This document shows, piece by piece, positions 9,378-17,805 of a stretch of DNA of 64,000 bases. Where the stretch lies: positions 6,066-70,065 of the forward strand of contig CAXMQS010000074.1 in the NCBI GenBank assembly GCA_964195995.1. The letters are read 5' to 3'. The position numbers and the translations under genes were made by a program. The DNA comes from an uncultured Acidimicrobiia bacterium (GTDB lineage Bacteria > Actinomycetota > Acidimicrobiia > Spongiisociales > JAOTWH01). Numbering within the stretch: position 1 is the first letter of the stretch; each line of letters begins with the position of its first letter. Under the pieces are notes generated by a model. It was not told where the DNA came from. It saw only the letters and a list, made by a program, of their open reading frames with translations, and did not search any database.

Positions 9378-9719
9378 AATTCCTCCTCACTGATGACAAC
9401 GCCTGCCGCATCTTCCCGATTTCGAGGCCCCGCGAGCTAGGGCCGAAAGACCCGGGTACCAGGAAACCCGCGTCGCCGGTTTCCGTGAAGGACGACTCCT
9501 CACTGCCGCGGCCAGTACAGCGATCTTCGTGAGGGGTGCTCTTCATGATGGCCGAACGGTCGCTACATCGAGCTGGTGGGTGCCGCCGCCTGAAGTGGCT
9601 CTCGATTGGACCTCAACACAACTGCCTTGCACGTATCGCTGTGTAGGAACCGGCCGGCACAGCACACACGCGCCATGGCCCCGGGCGTTCGCCCGAGGCC
9701 ACGGAAATCGCGGGAATGG

Positions 9720-10118
9720 CTAGGACCAGAACTCGTCCCAGGCGTACAGGTCGAAGAAGTTCTCCCTCCCGTAAGTGATCTTGCCGTCCTCGATCTCGAA
9801 AACGATGCAGCAAGTCACGTCGAGCTGCTTGCCGTTGCGCTCAGCTGTGTTGCGATGGATGCTCACTACACCTCCGTCATCGCTCTTCAGCACGTCTTGC
9901 AATAGCGCCTTGAAGCTTCCTCCCGTGTCCTCCAGGTACCGGCCGAGTTGGCCGAGAGTCGCCTCCTTGCCCTGATAGTCGCCTCCGATAGGGCTTCGAC
10001 CTGGCGTGTGCCACGAAACGTTGTCGTCGAAAATCTCCATCAGCGCTTCCACATCGGCCGTGTTGAAGGCCTCGTAGCCACGCCGTACGACTTCTGCGTT
10101 TTGCTCTGGTGTACTCAT
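9720..10118 (-). CDS. SnoaL-like / NTF2-fold (ketosteroid-isomerase-like) protein
   Basis: The 132-aa ORF has a strong AAAGGAGA RBS. NAEVVRRGYEAFNTADVEALMEIFDDNVSWHTPG... is the typical SnoaL_2-type N-terminus. Confidence 0.75.
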   Translation of the reverse strand: MSTPEQNAEVVRRGYEAFNTADVEALMEIFDDNVSWHTPGRSPIGGDYQGKEATLGQLGRYLEDTGGSFKALLQDVLKSDDGGVVSIHRNTAERNGKQLDVTCCIVFEIEDGKITYGRENFFDLYAWDEFWS

Positions 10119-10143
10119 ACTGACTATCTCCTTTGTTGTTCGA

Positions 10144-10155
10144 TGATCCGGATCA
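10144..10155. promoter_or_regulatory. Perfect 12-bp palindrome TGATCCGGATCA in the 49-bp divergent intergenic region (candidate operator)
   Basis: Read directly. It lies 12 nt upstream of the regulator ATG (10168) and 25 nt from the SnoaL-like ATG (10118). Confidence 0.35.
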
Positions 10156-10167
10156 GTACCGCGTCTA

Positions 10168-11766
10168 ATGTCTCACTTACCGGCCGCCGACGCATCGGGA
10201 GGTTCCCCTATTTCTGGCCAAACCCTTCGACTGGGTGAACTCGCCGCCACGTTTGCGCTTGCCCAGGACAATGCGTTCGGGCAGCCGCTCGAGTCGCAGC
10301 TGAGGTCATGCCTCCTGGCCGTGTGGATGTGCGATGAGGCGGGCTTCGACGTGGACCTACGTGACACTGTCTACTGGGTGGGTTTGCTGCGGTACATCGG
10401 GTGTACCGGCCACGCCCACGAGGTTGCCACCGTCTTCGGAGACGAGATCGCCATCCGCGCCCAGACGCTCATACACGACTCCGCCGATCCGAATGAGGTC
10501 ATGAGGGATGTGATCGCGTTCGCAACTGCCCCTCATCCTCCCGAGAAGCACGACGAGATCATCGAGGGGCTCCAGGCAGGAGCCCACGATTGGGCAGTCC
10601 ACAACTTCGCAACCGGATGCGAAGTGGGCGACATTCTGCTCGAGCGGCTTCACTTCGACGACGACGTGCGCAACGCCCTGGCATTCACTTTCGAGCGGTG
10701 GAACGGAAACGGGTTCCCAAACGGAGCCAAAGGTGAAGACATTCCGCTGCCGATGCGGATCGTGCACGTGAGCCACGACATGGAGGTGATCGGCCGCCGC
10801 TTCTCCCCAGGTGAAGCGCTCGCCGCTGTGCGCGATCGACGGGACCGCGCCTACGACCCCGACCTCGCGGACCTGTTCGCCACGCACGGAGCCGATTGGT
10901 TTGAGTTGCTCGACAAGCTCGAGCCATGGGACAGTGTGCTTGACGAAGAGCCGCAACCCCACCGCACCCTGGAGGACGCCGAACTCGACAGCGCTCTGCT
11001 GGTGGCGGCAGACTTCATCGACCTGAAATCACCATACATGGCGGGCCATAGTCGCCGTTGCGCGCAGCTTGGCGCCGACGCCGCCCGGCTGCTGGGCTTC
11101 AGCAAGGCGGAAGTGACCGACCTCGAGAGGGCCGCTCTCGTTCACGAGTTCGGCACCACCGCGATTCCGAACTCGATCTGGGACAAGCCGGGCCCGCTCA
11201 CCCGTGCCGAGCGCGATCGAGTCGAATTGCACCCATTGTTAACCGAGCAGATGTTGCGCCGGTCCACCGCCATGGAGGCTCTCAACCCAGTCGCGGCGTG
11301 CCACCACGAGAAGGCCAACGGGTCCGGCTACCACAAGGGTTGGCGAGCCGCTGACGTGGAGGCGGGGGCGCTGGTGTTGGAAGCCGCCGACATCTACGTC
11401 GGCCTGACCACGGACCGGGCCGATCGTTCCGCTAAGTCTGGGAGCGATGCCGCTGTCGAGCTCCGCAGGTTGGCAAGAGAGAGCTTGCTCGAGCACGATG
11501 CCACCGAGGCTGTTTTAGCGGCGGCCGGCCACGGTCAATCCGGCTCGAAACGTCGCAAGCGCCAGCACCCCGGTGGGCTCACGAATCGCGAGGTGGAGGT
11601 TCTGGTACTCGCCGCCCGCGGGCTCACCACCCAGCAGATCGCCGACCAACTCTTCATCTCGCCCAAGACCGCCGACCACCACATCCAGCACATCTACACA
11701 AAGATCGAGGTTTCGACCCGAGCCGCCGCCGCCCTATGGGCAATGCAAAACGGCGTGGTTAGCTGA
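10168..11766 (+). CDS. LuxR-family transcriptional regulator with N-terminal HD-type domains (degenerate HD-GYP)
   Basis: The C-terminus LTNREVEVLVLAARGLTTQQIADQLFISPKTADHHIQHIYTKI is a LuxR/GerE HTH. Upstream are VHEFGTTAIP...ERDRVELHP...CHHEKANGSGYHKG (an HD-GYP-like domain with HE for HD and GYH for GYP) and a further HD-like domain (LLRYIGCTGHAHE...IHDSADP). Confidence 0.8.
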   Translation: MSHLPAADASGGSPISGQTLRLGELAATFALAQDNAFGQPLESQLRSCLLAVWMCDEAGFDVDLRDTVYWVGLLRYIGCTGHAHEVATVFGDEIAIRAQTLIHDSADPNEVMRDVIAFATAPHPPEKHDEIIEGLQAGAHDWAVHNFATGCEVGDILLERLHFDDDVRNALAFTFERWNGNGFPNGAKGEDIPLPMRIVHVSHDMEVIGRRFSPGEALAAVRDRRDRAYDPDLADLFATHGADWFELLDKLEPWDSVLDEEPQPHRTLEDAELDSALLVAADFIDLKSPYMAGHSRRCAQLGADAARLLGFSKAEVTDLERAALVHEFGTTAIPNSIWDKPGPLTRAERDRVELHPLLTEQMLRRSTAMEALNPVAACHHEKANGSGYHKGWRAADVEAGALVLEAADIYVGLTTDRADRSAKSGSDAAVELRRLARESLLEHDATEAVLAAAGHGQSGSKRRKRQHPGGLTNREVEVLVLAARGLTTQQIADQLFISPKTADHHIQHIYTKIEVSTRAAAALWAMQNGVVS

Positions 11767-11845
11767 GCGCACCAGGCCAATTGGCTGGAGACGCCAGGCC
11801 TTGTATGTGAGCCGCAGAAACTGCCCACCTTCGACCACTCAACGG

Positions 11846-11892
11846 CCCGCTCTTCGGGCGTCTGGTTTCCCGGTTCGATCCTGTAGCGCCCA
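11846..11892 (+). repeat. Degenerate tRNA 3-prime-end repeat, copy 2 (GGTTCGATCC-TGTAGCGCCCA)
   Basis: About 22 of 24 nt are identical to the T-loop/acceptor part of copy 1, with one C deleted. The T-stem no longer pairs. A 5-bp hairpin GCCCG-CTCTT-CGGGC lies at 11845-11859. Confidence 0.5.
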
Positions 11893-12019
11893 CGACAAGA
11901 GCCCCGCATAGGACGCGACTTGCTGAGAAACGAAGCGAACCGACGAGCTTCGATGAGTGCTAAGACCCCAGCTCAGAGGCCCTTTCAGACCGCTTCCGCC
12001 GGTCACGAAGACCCCCGGA

Positions 12020-12066
12020 CCGCCTTCACACGGCGGAAGTCACTGGTTCGATCCCAGTAGCGTCCA
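12020..12066 (+). repeat. Orphan tRNA-Val(CAC) 3-prime half, copy 3 (perfect anticodon arm CCGCC-TTCACAC-GGCGG, AAGTC, T-arm ACTGG-TTCGATC-CCAGT, acceptor AGCGTCC-A); no 5-prime half
   Basis: Read directly. Relative to copy 1 the T-stem carries a compensatory pair change (ACAGG/CCTGT versus ACTGG/CCAGT). The 26 nt upstream (TTCCGCCGGTCACGAAGACCCCCGGA) cannot form an acceptor or D-arm. Confidence 0.6.
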
Positions 12067-12108
12067 CGGCCGGAGCCACGGAGTCTCATGCAGGACTAGG
12101 TTGGACGC

Positions 12109-14004
12109 GTGAGTGACTCCCCGTTCGCGGCCATCTATCGCAGATCGCTGGATGACGCTGAGGGCTTCTGGGGAGCTGCCGCGGACGAGATCGATTGGGC
12201 CAGGCAGTGGGACGCGGTCCTCGACAGGTCGGCAACGCCTGCGGCACGATGGTTCGTCGGTGGCGAGTTGAACACCTGTCACAACGCTCTCGATCGTCAT
12301 GTTGAGAATGGTCGGGCTGAGCAAGCAGCACTGATCTACGACAGCGCCGTAACCGGAGACATCCGGGTCTACAGCTACCGGGAGCTACGTGACGAGGTGG
12401 CTCTCTTTGCCGGCGTGCTGAGCCGCAATGGGGTCGTTCGCGGAGACCGTGTCGTCATTTATATGCCGATGATCCCGCAAGCGGTCATCGCCATGCTGGC
12501 TTGCGCCCGGCTTGGCGCGGTTCACTCCGTTGTATTCGGCGGGTTCGCATCCAAGGAGCTCGCCACCCGGATTGATGACTGCGAGCCAAAGGTGGTCGTA
12601 TCTGCCTCGTGTGGGATCGAGGTCGATCGGATCATCGAATACAAGCCGCTGCTCGACGCCGCACTCGAGATGACGGCGAACCAACCCGTTTGTGTCGTGT
12701 ATCAGCGCGAGATGTTGACGGCGGACATGCAACCCGACCGCGATCGCGATTGGGACGACGAGATGGCTCTCGCAGCACCACACGACTGCGTTCCGGTGCT
12801 CGCTACCGATCCGCTTTACATCCTCTACACGTCCGGCACAACCGGTCAGCCCAAAGGGATCATCCGCGACAACGGAGGCCACGCGGTTGCACTGAAGTGG
12901 ACGATGAAGAACGTCTACGACGTCAGTCCGGGAGAGGTCTACTGGGCTGCTTCGGACGTCGGCTGGGTGGTTGGGCACTCCTACATCGTGTACGGGCCGC
13001 TTCTTCACGGCTGTACAACCGTGTTGTACGAGGGCAAACCGGTCGGCACGCCCGACGCAGGTGCTTTCTGGCGGGTCATCGCGCAACATCAAGTCGCGAG
13101 CATGTTCACCGCGCCCACTGCAATTCGAGCCATCCGGCAGCAAGATCCCGACGGAGGACTGATCCCCCAGTATGACCTGAGTGAGTTCCGCTCACTCTTC
13201 CTCGCCGGAGAGCGATGCGATCCTGACACGCTGTTGTGGGCGGAGAGTCATCTAGGGGTTCCCGTAATTGACCACTGGTGGCAAACCGAAACGGGATGGG
13301 CCATTGCTACGAGTTGCCTGGGCATGGAAGTGCCCACCGTGGTGCCGGGGTCACCGGGCCGACCTGCTCCAGGATGGGACCTGGTCGTGATGGGAATCGA
13401 CGGGAAAGAAGTCAGGGCCGGCGAGGTCGGTGCACTGTGCGCCCGGCTGCCCATGCCCCCGTCGTCACTCCCTACCTTGTGGAACGCAGATGAGCGGTTC
13501 GTCGACACATACCTGTCGGGCTACCCGGGATTCTATGAGACAGCAGATGCCGGCTTCATCGACGACGACGGGTATGTCCACGTCATGGCTCGTACCGATG
13601 ACATCATCAACGTGGCGGGACATAGGCTCTCCACAGGAGCGCTCGAGGAGGTTCTCACTTCTCATCCCGACGTCGCCGAATGTGCGGTGGTCGGCGTCTC
13701 CGATCAGCTCAAGGGCCAGGTCCCCGTCGGATTCCTGGTGCTCAAGGTGGGTGCCGACGGCGAGGAAGACGAGGTCGTGAGCGACGTCGTCGCATCGGTC
13801 CGCGAGAGGATCGGCCCCGTGGCGTCCTTCAAGTCTGCCGTCGTGGTCGATCGGCTTCCCAAAACCCGATCAGGCAAGATCTTGCGTGGCACCATCGCTC
13901 GCATTGCTGATGACGCGCCATGGACTGTGCCGGCAACGGTCGACGATCCAGTAATCCTCGACGAGATCACAGCGGCCCTCTCGACGATTGGGTATCCCCG
14001 ATGA
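12109..14004 (+). CDS. prpE: Propionate--CoA ligase (short-chain acyl-CoA synthetase, PrpE type)
   Basis: The 631-aa ORF is collinear with remembered E. coli PrpE. Shared segments include WFVGGELNTCHNALDRH, SVVFGGFAS, ILYTSGTTGQPKG, ASDVGWVVGHSYIVYGPL, VIDHWWQTETGW, RTDDIINVAGHRLST and LPKTRSGKILR. Confidence 0.85.
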   Translation: MSDSPFAAIYRRSLDDAEGFWGAAADEIDWARQWDAVLDRSATPAARWFVGGELNTCHNALDRHVENGRAEQAALIYDSAVTGDIRVYSYRELRDEVALFAGVLSRNGVVRGDRVVIYMPMIPQAVIAMLACARLGAVHSVVFGGFASKELATRIDDCEPKVVVSASCGIEVDRIIEYKPLLDAALEMTANQPVCVVYQREMLTADMQPDRDRDWDDEMALAAPHDCVPVLATDPLYILYTSGTTGQPKGIIRDNGGHAVALKWTMKNVYDVSPGEVYWAASDVGWVVGHSYIVYGPLLHGCTTVLYEGKPVGTPDAGAFWRVIAQHQVASMFTAPTAIRAIRQQDPDGGLIPQYDLSEFRSLFLAGERCDPDTLLWAESHLGVPVIDHWWQTETGWAIATSCLGMEVPTVVPGSPGRPAPGWDLVVMGIDGKEVRAGEVGALCARLPMPPSSLPTLWNADERFVDTYLSGYPGFYETADAGFIDDDGYVHVMARTDDIINVAGHRLSTGALEEVLTSHPDVAECAVVGVSDQLKGQVPVGFLVLKVGADGEEDEVVSDVVASVRERIGPVASFKSAVVVDRLPKTRSGKILRGTIARIADDAPWTVPATVDDPVILDEITAALSTIGYPR

Positions 14005-14414
14005 GTCCTGTAACAACCGGCCATGAGAAGCTGGTGGCCATCGCGGAGGCCGAGATCCAAACCTTGTCAGTGAAGGAAGCCAGGGCTGCGCAGGCATCAG
14101 GAGGGCTCGTGGTGGACCTCCGAGATGTGCGAGAGGTCAAACGGGACGGAAGGATCCCCGGCTCTTATCACGTACCTCGAGGCATGCTCGAGTTCTGGGT
14201 CGACCCAGATTCCCCATATCACCATGAGGCACTTACCTCAGCCAACCAGCTGGTGCTCTACTGCGACCTGGGTTGGCGATCGGCCCTGGCCGCCAAGACG
14301 CTGCAGGAAATGGGTTTCACCAACGTTGCCCACATTGGCGGAGGGCTAGAAGCTTGGAAGGAAGACGGTGGCCCCGTTGAACGCGCCGACGGCCAAGCAG
14401 CGAGGCTGATCTAG
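14001..14414 (+). CDS. Single-domain rhodanese (sulfurtransferase)
   Basis: The ATG at 14001 forms an ATGA overlap with the prpE stop. The active-site loop is YCDLGWRS (C-x4-R). Rhodanese-like flanks are VVDLRDVRE...GRIPGSYHVPRG and HIGGGLEAWK. Confidence 0.8.
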   Translation: MSPVTTGHEKLVAIAEAEIQTLSVKEARAAQASGGLVVDLRDVREVKRDGRIPGSYHVPRGMLEFWVDPDSPYHHEALTSANQLVLYCDLGWRSALAAKTLQEMGFTNVAHIGGGLEAWKEDGGPVERADGQAARLI

Positions 14415-14432
14415 CCGGTCAGGGAGTCACGG

Positions 14433-15671
14433 TCAGGTTCCGCCGAGCCCAGGTTCCGGAGCACCGATGAGCGCTACCCGATTTCCGAAAGCACCAACAC
14501 CTTCCTCCATCTGGTGGTGGGCTTCACCTATGTTCTCAAATGAGAACACGTCACCGACACAGGGGTCGATCGTGCCGTCGATCACGAGTTGGTTATACGC
14601 CAGAGCTTGTTCGTCGTTTGTTCCATGAGAACCCTGGAGGCGCTTCTGGCGCACCCAGTGGTACCGCAGGTCGGCGACGGCGGTGTATCCGGTCGTTCCT
14701 GCACAGATGACGACCATCCCGCCGGGCTCGCACACGAAGATGCTGGTGGGGACAGTCGCCTCTCCGGGATGTTCGAAGACGATGTCGGGGTTGCGTCGCT
14801 CTCCCAGCTGTTCCCACAACGCCTTGCCGAATGCCCGGCACCCGTTCGTCCACTCGCGCTGCCCCTCTTCGTCGGTCCAGTGTGGCGGTACCCCCCAATG
14901 GTCGAAGTCCTTTCGGTTGATGTAGCCGACGGCTCCGAGCTGCTTGCAGTATTCACCTCGCTCGTCGCTCGAGACCACTGCGACCGCCCGAGCGCCGTGA
15001 GCAACGGTGAGCTGGATGGCCTGGGTGCCGAGGCCACCGGATCCGCCCCAGACGAGAACCACATCGCCCTCCTTGACGGTGTTGCCCTCCCAACCGAACA
15101 GCATCCGGTAGGCCGTTGCGCCGACGAGGGTTGGGGCGGCGGCCTCCTCCCACGTCAGCTGTGGGGCCTTGGGCATCACCTGATGGGATTGGGCGACGCA
15201 GAACTGACCGAAGGAACCGAAGTTGGTGTTGTAGCCCCAGATCGCGGCTGATGGTGAGATCATCGGGTCCTTGCCTGCGGCGATAGCCGGGTCAGTGGGA
15301 TCCCACCATCCGGGATGGGTAACGACCTCGTCACCGATTGAAATGCCGCCAACGGCGCTTCCGACGGCATAGACGATCCCCGATGCATCACTCCCGCCGA
15401 TGTGGAAGTCGTATGGTTCGCCAGACTTCTGGCGGATCGCGATCACGTCTATCGGGACACCGCGCGCCGCCCAAACGTTGTTGAAGTTGATGCCCGCTGC
15501 CATGACTCCAATGAGGACATCATCCGGACCTAGTTCCGGAACGTCGACGACCTCCGGCTGGAAAGCAGAGTTGGGATCACCGAACCGCTCCTGTCGTATG
15601 ACTTGGGCGTGCATCTGGTCAGGAACCTCGCCGACGGCTGGCAACTGACCGACATCTACGAGCTTGCTCAT
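14433..15671 (-). CDS. ccr: Crotonyl-CoA carboxylase/reductase (MDR superfamily)
   Basis: This uses the frame of ORF 14433..15701. The ATG at 15671 follows a GGAGGA RBS. Characteristic Ccr strings are GINFNNVWAARG, DFHIGGSDASGIV, IWGYNTNFGSFGQF, VLVWGGSGGLG and RYHWVRQKRLQGSH. Confidence 0.85.
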   Translation of the reverse strand: MSKLVDVGQLPAVGEVPDQMHAQVIRQERFGDPNSAFQPEVVDVPELGPDDVLIGVMAAGINFNNVWAARGVPIDVIAIRQKSGEPYDFHIGGSDASGIVYAVGSAVGGISIGDEVVTHPGWWDPTDPAIAAGKDPMISPSAAIWGYNTNFGSFGQFCVAQSHQVMPKAPQLTWEEAAAPTLVGATAYRMLFGWEGNTVKEGDVVLVWGGSGGLGTQAIQLTVAHGARAVAVVSSDERGEYCKQLGAVGYINRKDFDHWGVPPHWTDEEGQREWTNGCRAFGKALWEQLGERRNPDIVFEHPGEATVPTSIFVCEPGGMVVICAGTTGYTAVADLRYHWVRQKRLQGSHGTNDEQALAYNQLVIDGTIDPCVGDVFSFENIGEAHHQMEEGVGAFGNRVALIGAPEPGLGGT

Positions 15672-15737
15672 CGCGTGTCCTCCGCTTGTCCCTCCAGACA
15701 ACCTACTGGTGTCGAGACCAGGCAGCGCCGGAGTTCC

Positions 15738-16304
15738 TTAGTCGCCTCGTCCCAACAGCCGCTTGAAGAACTTGCCTATCCAGCTCAACAGGCCGCTGAG
15801 GAAGAGAGAGAGGCCCTTTACGTCTCCGGCTTCAATGGCGTCAGCTTCCTCGACGGTCTCCGCCGACATCTTGGCCTCTAGGCACTCCACGAATTCGTTG
15901 ATGAGTCGCTTGGTGATCTCTTCGACCAGACCGCTTCGTCCGAACTGGGCGATGGCTCCCGACAGTGATATGTCGGCGTCCACCGTCACCGAGGACCCAC
16001 TGTCGATGGCCGTCACCGCATAGTCGACCTCTACCTGACCGCGGTTGCCGCCACTGCGGTCGACGCCCTTTCCCGCGATGTGGCCCCTCCGAGCTGCGTT
16101 GTCGCGGGTCACCGTGGCGTCACCCTCGAATTTGGCAGCCATCGGACCCAGCTTGATTTGGACGGAACCTTCGTAGGTACCGTCGCCATGGTCAGCAATG
16201 AGCTCAGCGCCGGGGAGGCACTGTGTGACCGATGGAACATCAGCGAACGCGGTCCACACGGCATCGACTGGCCGCTTTACCTCGAACGTGTTACTCAATC
16301 GCAC
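15738..16304 (-). CDS. coxG: CoxG-like SRPBCC-family protein
   Basis: The gene has a GTG start. The N-terminus (M)RLSNTFEVKRPVDAVWTAFADVPSVTQCLPGAEL...YEGSVQIKLGPMAAKFEG is typical of carbon-monoxide-dehydrogenase subunit G family proteins. The C-terminal tail is amphipathic. Confidence 0.8.
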   Translation of the reverse strand: MRLSNTFEVKRPVDAVWTAFADVPSVTQCLPGAELIADHGDGTYEGSVQIKLGPMAAKFEGDATVTRDNAARRGHIAGKGVDRSGGNRGQVEVDYAVTAIDSGSSVTVDADISLSGAIAQFGRSGLVEEITKRLINEFVECLEAKMSAETVEEADAIEAGDVKGLSLFLSGLLSWIGKFFKRLLGRGD

Positions 16305-16362
16305 CGTTGGCCCCTTCGTGATCTCGACGATAACGACCCGTTGGAGGTGACGGTGTGACGGC

Positions 16363-17031
16363 CTAGGCCTGCGCCAGCAGCAGGTCGGTTACGCGCTCGA
16401 AGTCCGGTCCAGTGATGTCCGGCTGTGGGAACAGCGGGTTACGCACCATGCCGGGCCGCATGATGTAGGCACCACGGCAGCCGACGCTCATGGCACCGGC
16501 AACATCCCAATCGTGGGCCGCCACCATGGTCATTGCCGACGGCTCAACTCCCAGCTCGGCTGCTGCCATGAGGTACACCGCGGGGGCTGGCTTGAAGTGG
16601 GCCGTCGGAGTGACAGACATGATCCGTTCGAAGTAGTGGGCGATCCTGGCGCTTGTGAGCTGGTTTTCGGCCGCCTCTTGCGGGGAGTTCGTGAGGGCGG
16701 CCATCCGAAACCCCGCGTTCTCGAGCCGATCCAGGTTGGTAGCGACGTCTTCGTGAGCAGGCAGGCTGGTCATCGCCGCAGCCATGGCGGCCAGGTCGTC
16801 AGCAGTCAATGACACCTGGTGCTGCTCCGCCATCATTTGTAGCGAGGCTGTACCGACGGAAACGAAATCCTGGTGTTCCCCGATGATCGTCAAGCTGAGC
16901 GCGTTGCGCAGTACCAAGCCGAACCACTGCCGGCGCACACCGACATCGCCAAACATACGCTGGAAGAGCGGATCGAGCGCCCGCAGGTCGAGCAGCGTTT
17001 CGTTAACGTCGAATACCAGCACACCGGCCAC
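16363..17031 (-). CDS. HAD-superfamily hydrolase, type II haloacid-dehalogenase-like
   Basis: The GTG start follows an AAGGAG RBS. HAD motif I is VFDVNETLLDL, followed by ...ALTNS... and ...AAHDWDVAGA.... Confidence 0.75.
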   Translation of the reverse strand: MAGVLVFDVNETLLDLRALDPLFQRMFGDVGVRRQWFGLVLRNALSLTIIGEHQDFVSVGTASLQMMAEQHQVSLTADDLAAMAAAMTSLPAHEDVATNLDRLENAGFRMAALTNSPQEAAENQLTSARIAHYFERIMSVTPTAHFKPAPAVYLMAAAELGVEPSAMTMVAAHDWDVAGAMSVGCRGAYIMRPGMVRNPLFPQPDITGPDFERVTDLLLAQA

Positions 17032-17256
17032 TGTCGCTCCTTGATAACCGATCCCACGCTAGAGCAACGGTGGGGGACCCGCCGGCTTCTCGCACCCAGG
17101 GAGCAGGGTGGCTAGTGTCGACCAAGGACCCCTGGGAGGCGACGATGGCACAACCCACTGTTTGTGTTGCCCCCTTCGACTTCGTTGTCACCGTCCCCCG
17201 CTCTCCCCCGTAGACCGCCGCCAGCATCTGCAATCGAGTCATCAGAGAGGAGAGGC

Positions 17257-17805
17257 GTGGAAGTATCTATCAAGGTCAATGGCAAGAGTTACGAGCGTGA
17301 TATCGAGGCGCGCACGTTCCTGGTCGACTTCATTCGGGAGGATCTCGGTCTAACTGGCACCAACGTGGGATGTGATACCACACAGTGCGGTTCGTGCACA
17401 GTCCATATGAATGGGGCGGCCGTCAAGTCATGCACGGTGCTAGCAGTGCAGGCCGACGGTGCCTCGATCGCGACTATCGAAAGCTTGGCGAGCGACGGCG
17501 AGTTGCACGCCATGCAGCAAGCGTTCACCGATAAGCACGGGTTGCAGTGCGGCTTCTGCACGCCCGGGATGATCATGACTGCTGTCAAGCTGGTCGAGTC
17601 TCATCCGGACATCTCCGAAGACGACATCCGGCACGGACTCGAAGGCAACCTATGCCGCTGCACCGGATATGAGAACGTTGTGCGGGCCGTGGCTGAGGGG
17701 GCCCGCCAGTTCGACCCTCATAGTCCCTGGGAGATGGAACCGGCCGAGCACAAGATCACTCTTCGAGAGGCCGAGCGACGCGCTCGGGAGAGGAGCGGAG
17801 CATGA
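17257..17805 (+). CDS. coxS: (2Fe-2S)-binding small subunit of a xanthine-dehydrogenase/CODH-family molybdo-hydroxylase (CoxS-like)
   Basis: The GTG at 17257 follows GAGAGGAGAGG and is in frame with ORF 17164. Motifs are [16 protein letters not shown] and [11 protein letters not shown]...CRCTGY. Confidence 0.88.
   Translation: MEVSIKVNGKSYERDIEARTFLVDFIREDLGLTGTNVGCDTTQCGSCTVHMNGAAVKSCTVLAVQADGASIATIESLASDGELHAMQQAFTDKHGLQCGFCTPGMIMTAVKLVESHPDISEDDIRHGLEGNLCRCTGYENVVRAVAEGARQFDPHSPWEMEPAEHKITLREAERRARERSGA

Noticed and set aside
8944-9546. ORF 8944..9546(-), 200 aa, starting in the leader of the alpha gene (possible leader peptide or upstream gene).
   Set aside because: It runs out of frame across the first 430 nt of the clearly genuine alpha gene. 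Its composition is non-protein-like, and there is no RBS.
9601-9660. FNR/CRP-type box in the operon leader (TTGAGGTCCAATCGA on the minus strand).
   Set aside because: The half-site spacing is 5 rather than 4 and the right half is imperfect. This is not better than chance in 342 nt.
11911-12066. Possible tmRNA (ssrA). The region has a T-arm plus acceptor-like 3-prime end, and GGACGCG at 11911 could pair with AGCGTCC.
   Set aside because: It is only about 156 nt long. The third acceptor pair would be A:U rather than the G:U needed for alanylation. There is no GGNUUCGACG-like 5-prime element and no tag ORF ending in ALAA-stop. The 3-prime part has a proper anticodon arm, which tmRNA lacks.
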